Origin: Coxiellaceae bacterium
GTDB lineage: Bacteria; Pseudomonadota; Gammaproteobacteria; Coxiellales; Coxiellaceae
Direction: 5' to 3'
NCBI GenBank assembly: GCA_021731545.1
Contig: JAKFXE010000019.1
Location: forward strand, 1-57,403
Length of the DNA: 57,403 nt
The notes under the pieces are model-generated. The model searched no databases. It saw only the letters and a list, made by a program, of their open reading frames with translations, and was not told where the DNA came from. Numbering within the stretch: position 1 is the first letter of the stretch; the number at the start of each line of letters is the position of its first letter. Positions 28,510 through 37,308 of this stretch are shown piece after piece. A program made the position numbers and the translations under genes.

Positions 28510-29574
28510 ATGGCACTCATCACCTTGCGACAATTATTGGATCATGCGGCAGAGCATCACTACGGTGTTCCCGCCTTTAATGTGAATAATTTGGAGCAAA
28601 TGCGCGCGATTATGATTGCAGCGGATGAAACGGATTCTCCTGTTATTGTGCAGGCCTCTGCAGGTGCGCGTAAATATGCGGGTGCTCCTTTTATTCGTGC
28701 CCTGATGTTGGCGGCCGCAGAAGAGTGGCCTCATATTCCCATTTGCATGCATCAAGATCATGGGGCTTCTCCCGCAGTCTGTCAGCGTTCTATTCAATTG
28801 GGCTTTACCTCGGTGATGATGGATGGTTCTTTAGAGGCCGATATGAAAACTCCGGCGAGCTTTGAATACAATGTCAGTACCACCAAAATGGCCGCGGATA
28901 TGGCGCATGCCTGTGGTGTTTCAGTAGAGGGAGAGCTGGGTTGCTTAGGCTCTTTGGAAAGTGGTGAGGCGGGTGATGAAGATGGTTCGGGCGCTGAAGG
29001 AAAGTTATCGCATGAGCAACTCCTAACCGATCCTGAGCAAGCCGCCGAATTTGTTCAGAAAACCAAAGTGGATGCCTTGGCCATTGCGATTGGAACGAGT
29101 CATGGTGCCTATAAATTTACACGCCCCCCTACCGGGGAAGTGTTAGCCATGGATCGAGTTAAAGCTATTCATGCGCGCATTCCTGATACGCACTTAGTGA
29201 TGCACGGCTCTTCTTCTGTTCCACAAGAATGGTTAAAAATAATCAACGAATTTGGTGGCAAGATGCCGGAAACCTATGGCGTGCCTTTGGAAGAGATTCA
29301 AGAAGGTATCAAGCATGGCGTGCGCAAAGTCAATATTGATACCGATTTGCGTCTGGCCTCAACAGGAGCCATACGTCGCTTCTTGGCCAAAAACCCCGCT
29401 GAATTTGATCCGCGAAAATTCTTAAGTGAAACCATTAAAGCGATGGTGGATATCTGTAAAATACGCTATGAAGCCTTTGGCACAGCGGGCCAGGCCTCTA
29501 AGATTAAAGTATTATCGCTAGAAGCTATGACGCAGCGTTACCAATCAGGTGAGTTGGATCCGCGAGTCAATTAA
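28510..29574 (+). CDS. fba: Class II fructose-bisphosphate aldolase
   Basis: [29 protein letters not shown], and 354 aa (CbbA-like length). Confidence 0.95.
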   Translation: MALITLRQLLDHAAEHHYGVPAFNVNNLEQMRAIMIAADETDSPVIVQASAGARKYAGAPFIRALMLAAAEEWPHIPICMHQDHGASPAVCQRSIQLGFTSVMMDGSLEADMKTPASFEYNVSTTKMAADMAHACGVSVEGELGCLGSLESGEAGDEDGSGAEGKLSHEQLLTDPEQAAEFVQKTKVDALAIAIGTSHGAYKFTRPPTGEVLAMDRVKAIHARIPDTHLVMHGSSSVPQEWLKIINEFGGKMPETYGVPLEEIQEGIKHGVRKVNIDTDLRLASTGAIRRFLAKNPAEFDPRKFLSETIKAMVDICKIRYEAFGTAGQASKIKVLSLEAMTQRYQSGELDPRVN

Positions 29575-30497
29575 TGTGCCTGGGTTTTTTTGGGCAGAGA
29601 TTTTTTGCGTAATACTAAAAACACACCCAGAAAAATAATAGCGCCGCCCACCAGATGTAGGCGAGCATCTAACTGTTCTCCTAAAAAGACCGCCGCTAAA
29701 ATACTGCTGATGATGGGCAGCAAGTAAATAAATACACCTGCATCCGTGGGGCCAATGATTGCCACGCCACGGTTCCATCCCCACAGCGATAGCAAAGCTG
29801 CAATCAGGCCGAGGTAAAGAAAGGCCATGATGGAAGAAGTGTTCAGATGTGTGAAGGTCATTTCCATGACCTGTTTTCCCTCAACCAGTAAAATGATGGC
29901 TAGCAATATCACGCTGATAAAGCTGATGCCTTGTATCAATTCCCAGGGCGTGCAGGGCACGCTGAATTTTTTCAGCAAGGCAGTATAGACCCCCCACATA
30001 AATACCCCTACCAGTAAAATTACATCGCCAAAGTTAAACTGAAAGTGAATCAAATTCAAAAAATTTCCTTTTGAAATTAAAAATAAAGCGCCTGAAAAAG
30101 CAATCAGCATACCCACTTTTTGTAAAACAGAAGTTCTTTCTTTTAAAATAAGGTCGGCGCATAGACTAATGCAAATGGGCATTAGAGTTAAAATAATACC
30201 GACGTTAATGGCAGAGGTATAATCTAGGGCCACATATTGAAAAGAGGAGGCAATAATAACGCCGGTTACGCTTAATACAAACAGCGGAAAAAACTGACGT
30301 CGCACCATTTTGAAAAAGCTGGGTAAGGTTTTCCAATTGATGAGCATCAAGGCAGCCAATGCAATAAACCAGCGCCAAAAGCTAATGCCAAAAGGAGGTA
30401 TGCCTGTATGAAGATAGCGACCAAAAATAACGTTGCCTGCCCAACCGAATTGAGCCATGGTCAGTAAAAAATAAGCCGTATACTTCTGATTTAACAT
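29571..30497 (-). CDS. DMT/EamA-family transporter
   Basis: Ten hydrophobic helices in two EamA-like halves. Start moved to ATG 30497 ([12 protein letters not shown]). Confidence 0.85.
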   Translation of the reverse strand: MLNQKYTAYFLLTMAQFGWAGNVIFGRYLHTGIPPFGISFWRWFIALAALMLINWKTLPSFFKMVRRQFFPLFVLSVTGVIIASSFQYVALDYTSAINVGIILTLMPICISLCADLILKERTSVLQKVGMLIAFSGALFLISKGNFLNLIHFQFNFGDVILLVGVFMWGVYTALLKKFSVPCTPWELIQGISFISVILLAIILLVEGKQVMEMTFTHLNTSSIMAFLYLGLIAALLSLWGWNRGVAIIGPTDAGVFIYLLPIISSILAAVFLGEQLDARLHLVGGAIIFLGVFLVLRKKSLPKKTQAH

Positions 30498-30623
30498 CCT
30501 TGTATCCTTTATGTAGACAAGCCAAAGCCATGATAGCACAGTATGGATGCTGGATGCCCTGAAAGTTCCCATCATTTTTAAAGAATGCTATACTCCGCGG
30601 TCGATCTTAGATGGATTTTCACT

Positions 30624-31226
30624 ATGCCGGGCCATTCAGTCTATCAACAAGCCAATTATCTCATCAGTGCTGCTCAACTGGATCAGCTGCCTGTGGATGA
30701 AGGTTATGAGATTGCTTTCATTGGGCGCTCCAATGCAGGTAAGTCCAGTGCCTTAAACACGATTACAGGGATTAAGGGTTTGGCTCGTGTGAGTAAAACT
30801 CCGGGTCGTACCCAAACTATTAATATGTTTGCCTTAGGCGATCAGCATCGCCTGGTGGATTTGCCGGGCTATGGTTATGCTAAAGTCCCCTTGAATGTGA
30901 AGGAGCGTTGGCAAAAAACGATAGATGGTTATTTGCAAACACGCGAATGTTTAAGAGGCTTAATTTTAATTATGGATATTCGCCATCCGCTTAAGGAAAT
31001 TGATCGAGATGTCATTAGCTGGACGTTGGGCTGTGATATTCCGATTCATATTTTGCTGACCAAGGCGGATAAATTAAAACCTTCTGCTGCGCGTAAGGTG
31101 TTAAAAGAGGTGCAGAGCGAATTGGAAATTTATGGCGATAGAGTCGACCTCCAGCTTTTTTCTTCATTGGATCACAGCGGACTGGATGAGGCGCGAGATA
31201 AGTTATCGACTTGGTTTGAATTTTAG
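30624..31226 (+). CDS. engB: Ribosome-biogenesis GTPase EngB/YihA
   Basis: [12 protein letters not shown] (G1), DLPGYG (G3), TKADK (G4). Confidence 0.9.
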   Translation: MPGHSVYQQANYLISAAQLDQLPVDEGYEIAFIGRSNAGKSSALNTITGIKGLARVSKTPGRTQTINMFALGDQHRLVDLPGYGYAKVPLNVKERWQKTIDGYLQTRECLRGLILIMDIRHPLKEIDRDVISWTLGCDIPIHILLTKADKLKPSAARKVLKEVQSELEIYGDRVDLQLFSSLDHSGLDEARDKLSTWFEF

Positions 31227-31301
31227 TAAAATAATAAACCTTTTTTGTGAATAATCGGACTTCGTGTCCGCCTGCTTTTGATTTTATGGGATGACAATAG
31301 C

Positions 31302-33047
31302 ATGCACACTCCTCCCATCAACACCTATTCCAAAAATGAAGTCAGCATTTCCTTAGCACCCAATTACTGGGATATTTTGGCGCTTATTTTAATTGTCGGT
31401 GTTATCGTAGGCTTGGGTTGGGGTGCCAAGGCTATGGTAGGTGACTACCAGATGGGGCAATCTATTCCGATTAGTCTAGACCCTATTCATCTGCCTTATT
31501 ATGCGTTGCGCACCGTTTTGCGAATGTTTATTGCGCTGGCGTGCTCTTTGATTTTTAGTTTTATTTTTGGCACTTGGGCGGCCAAAAGTAAGGCCGCTGA
31601 ACACATCATTATTCCTTTAGTCGATGTGATGCAGTCTGTTCCTATTTTAGGGTTTTTATCGATCAGTGTGACGGTGTTTATTGTTTTATTTCGGGGAAGC
31701 CTGTTGGGCCCTGAATGCGCGGCCATTTTTGCTATTTTTACCGCGCAAGTGTGGAATATTACCCTGAGCTTGTATCAAAGCTTAAGAGTGGTGCCACAAA
31801 ATTTAATCGAAATGGCCAATATGTTTCAGCTGTCGGCATGGCAGCGTTTTTGGCGCGTTGAGGTCCCCTTTTCGACTTCAGGCTTGCTGTGGAACTGCAT
31901 GATTTCCATGTCAACCAGCTGGGTTTTTATTGTCGCGGCAGAAGCGATTACAGTGGCCAATCACAATATTACTTTACCCGGCGTAGGCTCTTATATTGCA
32001 TTAGCCATTAGCGAAGCGAATCAGAAAGCGATCATATATGTTATTGTTGCGATGTTCTTAGTAATAGCCCTTTATGATCAATTATTGTTTAGACCTTTGC
32101 TGGCCTGGATTGAAAAATTTAAAGCACAAACGGCTGCAGAGGAAATATTTCCGGAATCTTGGGTCTTGGATTTATTTCAGCGCTCACGATGGGTTTCTTT
32201 CGTAGGTCAATTTTTTTCAAAAAGTATAGATGCTTTTATTAATTTAAAAGGATTGCATCATCGCTTTCAAGGTCATGAAAAAAAACCCAGGTGCCCCAGG
32301 GTTGATCAGTGTATTGGATGGATGTGGCGCCTAATACTAGTGGCTATTGTAGTGGGGTTTGGTATCGTCCTGTATCGCTTTATTTTTAGGGTGGTTCCTT
32401 ATGCTGAAACACGACAAGTTCTTTATTTGGGGTTAATTACCACTCTACGTATCAGTATTTTAGTGGTCATTAGCTCCATTATTTGGGTTCCTGTGGGTGT
32501 GTGGATTGGATTAAATCCAAAGGCTTCGCGCATGATTCAACCCATTGTGCAATTTGCTGCTGCATTTCCAGCGAACTTACTTTTTCCGGCAGTGGTCTAT
32601 ATTATTGTGAGAGATCATCTGAATGTGAATATTTGGACTTCGCCTTTGATGATTTTAGGAACTCAGTGGTATATTTTATTTAATGTCATTGCAGGTGCAA
32701 CGGAAATTCCTAAGAATATGCGACAAACCGTCGCTGCTTTTAATGTAAAAGGCTGGTTGTGGTGGCGCCGCTTTATTTTTCCAGCCATATTTCCTTATTA
32801 TATTACGGGAGCTGTGACAGCGGCTGGAGGTGCCTGGAATATCAGCATCATTGCTGAATTTGTGAGTTGGGGCAATACCCATTTACAGGCAACGGGTTTG
32901 GGTGCTTATATTGCCGCTACAGCCGATACAGGAGAGTTTCAAAAGCTTGCCTTAGGTATTGTGGTGATGTCGCTGTATGTATTAATCATTAATCGTATTG
33001 TTTGGAGGCCGCTGTATAATTTGGCCACTGAGCGCTACCAATTTTAA
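31302..33047 (+). CDS. ABC transporter permease with two fused transmembrane domains (NitT/TauT-like)
   Basis: About 12 TM helices in two repeated halves, followed by a cognate ATPase. Confidence 0.85.
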   Translation: MHTPPINTYSKNEVSISLAPNYWDILALILIVGVIVGLGWGAKAMVGDYQMGQSIPISLDPIHLPYYALRTVLRMFIALACSLIFSFIFGTWAAKSKAAEHIIIPLVDVMQSVPILGFLSISVTVFIVLFRGSLLGPECAAIFAIFTAQVWNITLSLYQSLRVVPQNLIEMANMFQLSAWQRFWRVEVPFSTSGLLWNCMISMSTSWVFIVAAEAITVANHNITLPGVGSYIALAISEANQKAIIYVIVAMFLVIALYDQLLFRPLLAWIEKFKAQTAAEEIFPESWVLDLFQRSRWVSFVGQFFSKSIDAFINLKGLHHRFQGHEKKPRCPRVDQCIGWMWRLILVAIVVGFGIVLYRFIFRVVPYAETRQVLYLGLITTLRISILVVISSIIWVPVGVWIGLNPKASRMIQPIVQFAAAFPANLLFPAVVYIIVRDHLNVNIWTSPLMILGTQWYILFNVIAGATEIPKNMRQTVAAFNVKGWLWWRRFIFPAIFPYYITGAVTAAGGAWNISIIAEFVSWGNTHLQATGLGAYIAATADTGEFQKLALGIVVMSLYVLIINRIVWRPLYNLATERYQF

Positions 33048-33072
33048 GTGCAGATAAAGGGTGGGTTCATTG

Positions 33073-34380
33073 ATGGATGCCAATAATAAAATCATTATCA
33101 GGATTCAAGATATCAAAAAATCGTTTAAACGCCCCAGGTCTCAAGAGCTTTTGGTCTTGGATCATGTTAATTTTTCACTGCATGAAAATGAAATCGTTTG
33201 CTTGTTGGGAAAATCCGGTTCAGGAAAGTCGACTCTACTCAGAACCATTGCGGGACTCATTCAACCCACGGCAGGAGAGGTGTATTACCATCAAAAGTTA
33301 GTTAAAAGCCCCATGCCGGGAGTCAGCATGGTGTTCCAAGATTTTGCTTTATTGCCTTGGTTAACAGTGTTGGAAAATGTGGAATTGGGTTTGGAGGCGC
33401 AAGGCGTGCCGCGAGCAGAGCGGCGAAGACGGGCCTTGGAAACCATTGATATTGTGGGGCTGGATGGTTTTGAATCCGCTTATCCCAAGGAGCTGTCGGG
33501 AGGCATGTCTCAGCGCGTAGGTTTTGCGCGCGCCTTGGTGGTTAATCCTGAAGTGTTGTTAATGGACGAGCCTTTTTCTTCGCTGGATGTGTTGACCGCT
33601 GAAAATTTGCGCAATGATTTATTAACAATTTGGCAAAATCATAAAACCAATATTAAAAGCGTATTGCTGGTTACGCATAATATTGAAGAGGCTTTGTTGT
33701 TGGCAGACAGAGTTCTTATCTTTTCAACCGATCCTGGATTTATTTGCGCTGAAGTGAGTGTTAATTTGCCGCGCCCACGCAATGACCAGAGTGTTGAATT
33801 TAAGGCCTTAGTCGACGAAATCTATACGTTAATGACGTTGCCGGGTGGGGCTCGCTCTCCTGTTACGGGTATGCGTTATAAAGGGATCAGTTTGGGTTAT
33901 CGTTTGCCCGAGGTTCATATTTCTGAGCTGATGGGCTTTGTTGAAAGTTTAGCTATTCCAGAGTATCAGCCGCGCTGTTCTTTGCCGGAGTTCGCTGAAG
34001 ATTTTCATTTGGATGTGGATGATATTTTTACGATGACGGAAGCTCTGGAAATTTTGCGCTTTGCGACGGTTTCGGAAGGTGAAATTGGATTGACGCCCAG
34101 CGGAAAACGTTTGGCAGAAGCAGATATTTTAGAGCGTAAAAAATTATTCGCAGAGCATTTGTTAAGCTATATTCCCTTTGTGCGGCACATACGTCGCGTC
34201 TTGGACGAGCGTCCGGAGCATGTGGCCTCAGAAGAGCGATTTTTGCGAGAGCTGGAAGATTATTTGCCTGAAACAGCTGCAGAAGAGGTCTTTAAGATCG
34301 CCATCGATTGGGGTCGTTATGCTGAACTCTTTGCCTATGATTACAATACGGGAATGCTGAGCCTAGAAAACCCAGAGTAA
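33073..34380 (+). CDS. ABC transporter ATP-binding protein with a ~190-aa C-terminal extension
   Basis: GKSGSGKSTLL, LSGGMSQRVGFARAL, LLMDEPFSSLD. A non-ABC domain follows from aa ~250. Confidence 0.9.
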   Translation: MDANNKIIIRIQDIKKSFKRPRSQELLVLDHVNFSLHENEIVCLLGKSGSGKSTLLRTIAGLIQPTAGEVYYHQKLVKSPMPGVSMVFQDFALLPWLTVLENVELGLEAQGVPRAERRRRALETIDIVGLDGFESAYPKELSGGMSQRVGFARALVVNPEVLLMDEPFSSLDVLTAENLRNDLLTIWQNHKTNIKSVLLVTHNIEEALLLADRVLIFSTDPGFICAEVSVNLPRPRNDQSVEFKALVDEIYTLMTLPGGARSPVTGMRYKGISLGYRLPEVHISELMGFVESLAIPEYQPRCSLPEFAEDFHLDVDDIFTMTEALEILRFATVSEGEIGLTPSGKRLAEADILERKKLFAEHLLSYIPFVRHIRRVLDERPEHVASEERFLRELEDYLPETAAEEVFKIAIDWGRYAELFAYDYNTGMLSLENPE

Positions 34381-34512
34381 ATTTTTTCTACATTTCCCAA
34401 AATTACAGCGTATAAGATGTAAATAAACAAAAATACATCTCTTTAGTTGTATTTTGTGGGTTTTACATTATGATTTCTTAAGAAAAGATATTTTCTGTAA
34501 CGAGGAGTTTAA

Positions 34513-35787
34513 ATGTTCAGTATAGGGCTGATGAGCGGCACTTCAATGGATGGAATTGACGCCGCTTTGTTAGAAACCGATGGAACGCCGGCTTTACTCA
34601 AGGAACTGGGTGATATCTCCATTGACTATGATGCTTCCTTTAAGATTTTATTAAAAGCAGCAGAATATGCGCTGAGAAAGTATCGGGGTGATTTAGCACA
34701 AGCAAAGATGCATTATCCAGAGGCATTGAAAACATACCTCTCTTCGGAGTTTAAATATTCTAATAAAGAGATAGAGAATCAATTGCATAACTTGTCTCAT
34801 TATCTTCAAAACGATATTAGTTTAGATTCCGTTATTCAGCACTCTACGGAATTGCATGCGCAAGCGGTTCAACACTTGCTTAAAGAGACAGGCTATACGG
34901 CAAAACAAATAGATGTGGTGGGTTATCACGGGCAAACTTTGTATCACCAACCCGAACAAAAAATCTCTATTATTGTGGGGGACGGACAGGCTTTAGCCGA
35001 TCAATTGGGTATTCGAGTGGTGAATGATTTTCGCAGTGATGATATTGCGGCCGGGGGTCAGGGTGCGCCTTTTGCACCTTTGTATCACCAGGCGTTAGCC
35101 ATTCGTGACCATAAGATTCCAGCGCTGGTGGTGAATTGTGGGGGTATTGCAAATGTGAGCCTAATCAACACAGCACAAGAATTAGATTTAGTGGCTTTTG
35201 ATACAGGGCCGGGCAATGGATTGATTGATCGCCTGGTGAGGCAGCGCACGGCAGGCAAAGAATCGATGGATAAAGATGGGCGTTATGGTCAGCGTGGTCA
35301 GCTTAATCCAGAGGTGCTGCAGGCTCTATATGCAAAAGCGATTGTTAAAGATCAGCAAAATTATTTTTCAATGAAGCCGCCGAAGTCACTGGACAGTGGT
35401 GATTTGCACTTGATCCCAGAATTAGAAGCGCTTTCATTGGAGGACGCGTGCAGAACCCTGGAGTTTTTTACGGCAGATTCTATTGTTAAGAGTGTGGAAG
35501 CTTTGGATAGCACAATTCCCTTACTGTGGGTCTTGGCCGGGGGCGGGTGGAATAATCCAGTCATTGAGAGCACATTAAAGCAACGCGTATTGGAGCGATG
35601 GGGAGATCAGGCTGTGGTCGTGAACGCGAATGCGCTGGCTTGGAACAGTCAAGCCATGGAGGCTCAAGTATTTGCTTATTTGGCGGTGCGCAGTTTGCAT
35701 AATAAGGTATTGAGTGTGCCGGGCACCACGCGCGTTTCAACGCCTAGCTCGGGCGGGCGGACTTATATTCCAACGGCTGTTGTTTAA
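34513..35787 (+). CDS. anmK: Anhydro-N-acetylmuramic acid kinase
   Basis: GLMSGTSMDGIDAALL N-terminus, GGGWNNPVI near the C-terminus. Longer (424 aa) than the ~370 aa I recall for E. coli. Confidence 0.88.
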   Translation: MFSIGLMSGTSMDGIDAALLETDGTPALLKELGDISIDYDASFKILLKAAEYALRKYRGDLAQAKMHYPEALKTYLSSEFKYSNKEIENQLHNLSHYLQNDISLDSVIQHSTELHAQAVQHLLKETGYTAKQIDVVGYHGQTLYHQPEQKISIIVGDGQALADQLGIRVVNDFRSDDIAAGGQGAPFAPLYHQALAIRDHKIPALVVNCGGIANVSLINTAQELDLVAFDTGPGNGLIDRLVRQRTAGKESMDKDGRYGQRGQLNPEVLQALYAKAIVKDQQNYFSMKPPKSLDSGDLHLIPELEALSLEDACRTLEFFTADSIVKSVEALDSTIPLLWVLAGGGWNNPVIESTLKQRVLERWGDQAVVVNANALAWNSQAMEAQVFAYLAVRSLHNKVLSVPGTTRVSTPSSGGRTYIPTAVV

Positions 35788-35793
35788 AGTTTT

Positions 35794-36240
35794 TTAGTTG
35801 GGTTTATTGAGAAGCGTGATGTATAAGCTATCGCGATCTTTTTTCCAGGCCTTGCAAGGTCCTTTGTAGGATTTAAGTTGAGTATCAAATTTTTTGGTGT
35901 GAAATAAGCGACGCTCTAAGGGATGAACGGGGTGGGCGGTGTATTCCACGGTGCAGCGATCTTTTTCTGAATTTAAGAGCAAGATATGATAGATGGGTGA
36001 TTTTTTATCGCTTTCTTTCAGTTGGTAATCAATTTGAACAGTCCCTGTTTTTTGGGGAGGCAGTGTGTCGAAGGCATTGATGATTTCATAAGAATTTCCG
36101 CTGCCATAAATAATCAGGGAGTAGGGTTGTTGACTTTGATTGTTGATGTAGATATGAAGAGTGCTTTTAAAGGCAAATCCCGTGGAGTACGCTAAGCTTA
36201 AAGCGAGTAAGAGCGTCAGTTGTATGAGCCGTGATAACAT
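35794..36240 (-). CDS. Hypothetical secreted protein (148 aa)
   Basis: The N-terminal MLSRLIQLTLLLALSLAYS looks like a signal peptide. A TATACT -10 lies upstream. No recognisable family. Confidence 0.6.
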   Translation of the reverse strand: MLSRLIQLTLLLALSLAYSTGFAFKSTLHIYINNQSQQPYSLIIYGSGNSYEIINAFDTLPPQKTGTVQIDYQLKESDKKSPIYHILLLNSEKDRCTVEYTAHPVHPLERRLFHTKKFDTQLKSYKGPCKAWKKDRDSLYITLLNKPN

Positions 36241-36305
36241 TTGTGTCTCTGAGCATTTAGTGATGGGCTGGAAAGTATAACGATAGAAGAAGGTGGATAC
36301 AACCG

Positions 36306-36962
36306 ATGTTCCCTAAACAAAACACAGCCTTTTTTATAGAAGGGCCGGTAGGTCGGCTCGAAGCGATCATGAGCTTTTCTGAAGCTTCCGCGCCTAATGA
36401 ATTTCACTGCATCGCTATTATTTGTCATCCCCATCCTTTGTATGAAGGGAGTATGCACAATAAAGTGGTCACCACACTGTCGAAAACCTTTAATCGTTTG
36501 GGCTTGGCCACACTGCGATTTAATTTTCGGGGGGTGGGAAAGAGTGAGGGAAGCTATGGTGATGTGGAAGGTGAAGTGGAGGATTTGCGTGCCGCGCTAG
36601 GCTGGCTTCGGCAGCAAGCTCCCCAGGCCAAATATTGGTTAGCAGGCTTTTCATTTGGGGCTTATATTGCGGCCAAGATGGCGCAAGAATGGCCAACGGA
36701 ACATTTGATCAGTATTGCGCCCTCCGTTGAGAAGATGGATTTTGCGGCTCTTACACATATTTCGTGTCCTTGGCTCGTGGTTCAGGGCGATGAGGATGAG
36801 GTGGTCTCGGCCCAGGCGGTTTGGGAGCTGGCAGCGCGTCCGCCCTCTCCCCTCACTCTGATTCGAATGCCGGGGGTGGGTCATTATTTTCACGGACATC
36901 TCTTAGACTTACAGGAGGCCCTGCTGAAAGCTCTGCCCGATCCTCGGGTGGACTCCCGCTAA
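36306..36962 (+). CDS. Alpha/beta-fold hydrolase
   Basis: GFSFGA nucleophile elbow, VQGDEDEVV and GVGHYFHG (Asp/His region). Confidence 0.8.
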   Translation: MFPKQNTAFFIEGPVGRLEAIMSFSEASAPNEFHCIAIICHPHPLYEGSMHNKVVTTLSKTFNRLGLATLRFNFRGVGKSEGSYGDVEGEVEDLRAALGWLRQQAPQAKYWLAGFSFGAYIAAKMAQEWPTEHLISIAPSVEKMDFAALTHISCPWLVVQGDEDEVVSAQAVWELAARPPSPLTLIRMPGVGHYFHGHLLDLQEALLKALPDPRVDSR

Positions 36963-36976
36963 TGAAAGTCATTCTC
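36958..36976. promoter_or_regulatory. Candidate Fur box upstream of feoA
   Basis: GCTAATGAAAGTCATTCTC matches the 19-nt consensus GATAATGATAATCATTATC at 15/19 positions. It ends 8 nt before a possible -35 (TTGACG, 36984). Confidence 0.45.
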
Positions 36977-37073
36977 ATTTGGCTTGACGATGCAGGGGGT
37001 TTTGAATACCCTGGTGAGCCTGGGGATAGAACTCCTTTTTTATAAACCGAGCGAAAAGTAAAGGGTAGACAAG

Positions 37074-37307
37074 ATGCTTGCAGTAGCCGATTTAGTGCCA
37101 GGTGATGTGGCGCGTGTCTGTGGTTTTCATGCCGGTCATCGCGAGTATCGTTCTCGCTTATTGGCGATGGGTTTAACGCCGCGCACGGAATTTAAAGTCA
37201 TTCGCGTAGCTCCCTTGGGCGATCCTATTCAATTACAAGTTCGTCATTTTCAATTGAGCTTACGCAAGGAAGAGGCTCAGTTGTTGCGCATTGAGCGAGT
37301 GTCTTAA
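37074..37307 (+). CDS. feoA: Ferrous iron transport protein A
   Basis: 77-aa SH3-like FeoA directly upstream of feoB. Confidence 0.9.
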   Translation: MLAVADLVPGDVARVCGFHAGHREYRSRLLAMGLTPRTEFKVIRVAPLGDPIQLQVRHFQLSLRKEEAQLLRIERVS

Positions 37308-37308
37308 T

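Noticed and set aside
36962-37045. 27-aa ORF (MKVILIWLDDAGGFEYPGEPGDRTPFL) whose ATG overlaps the hydrolase stop (TAATG) upstream of feoA.
   Set aside because: It has no ribosome-binding site and no recognisable peptide. The region is better explained as the feoA promoter/Fur-box region. I could not support it as a leader peptide.
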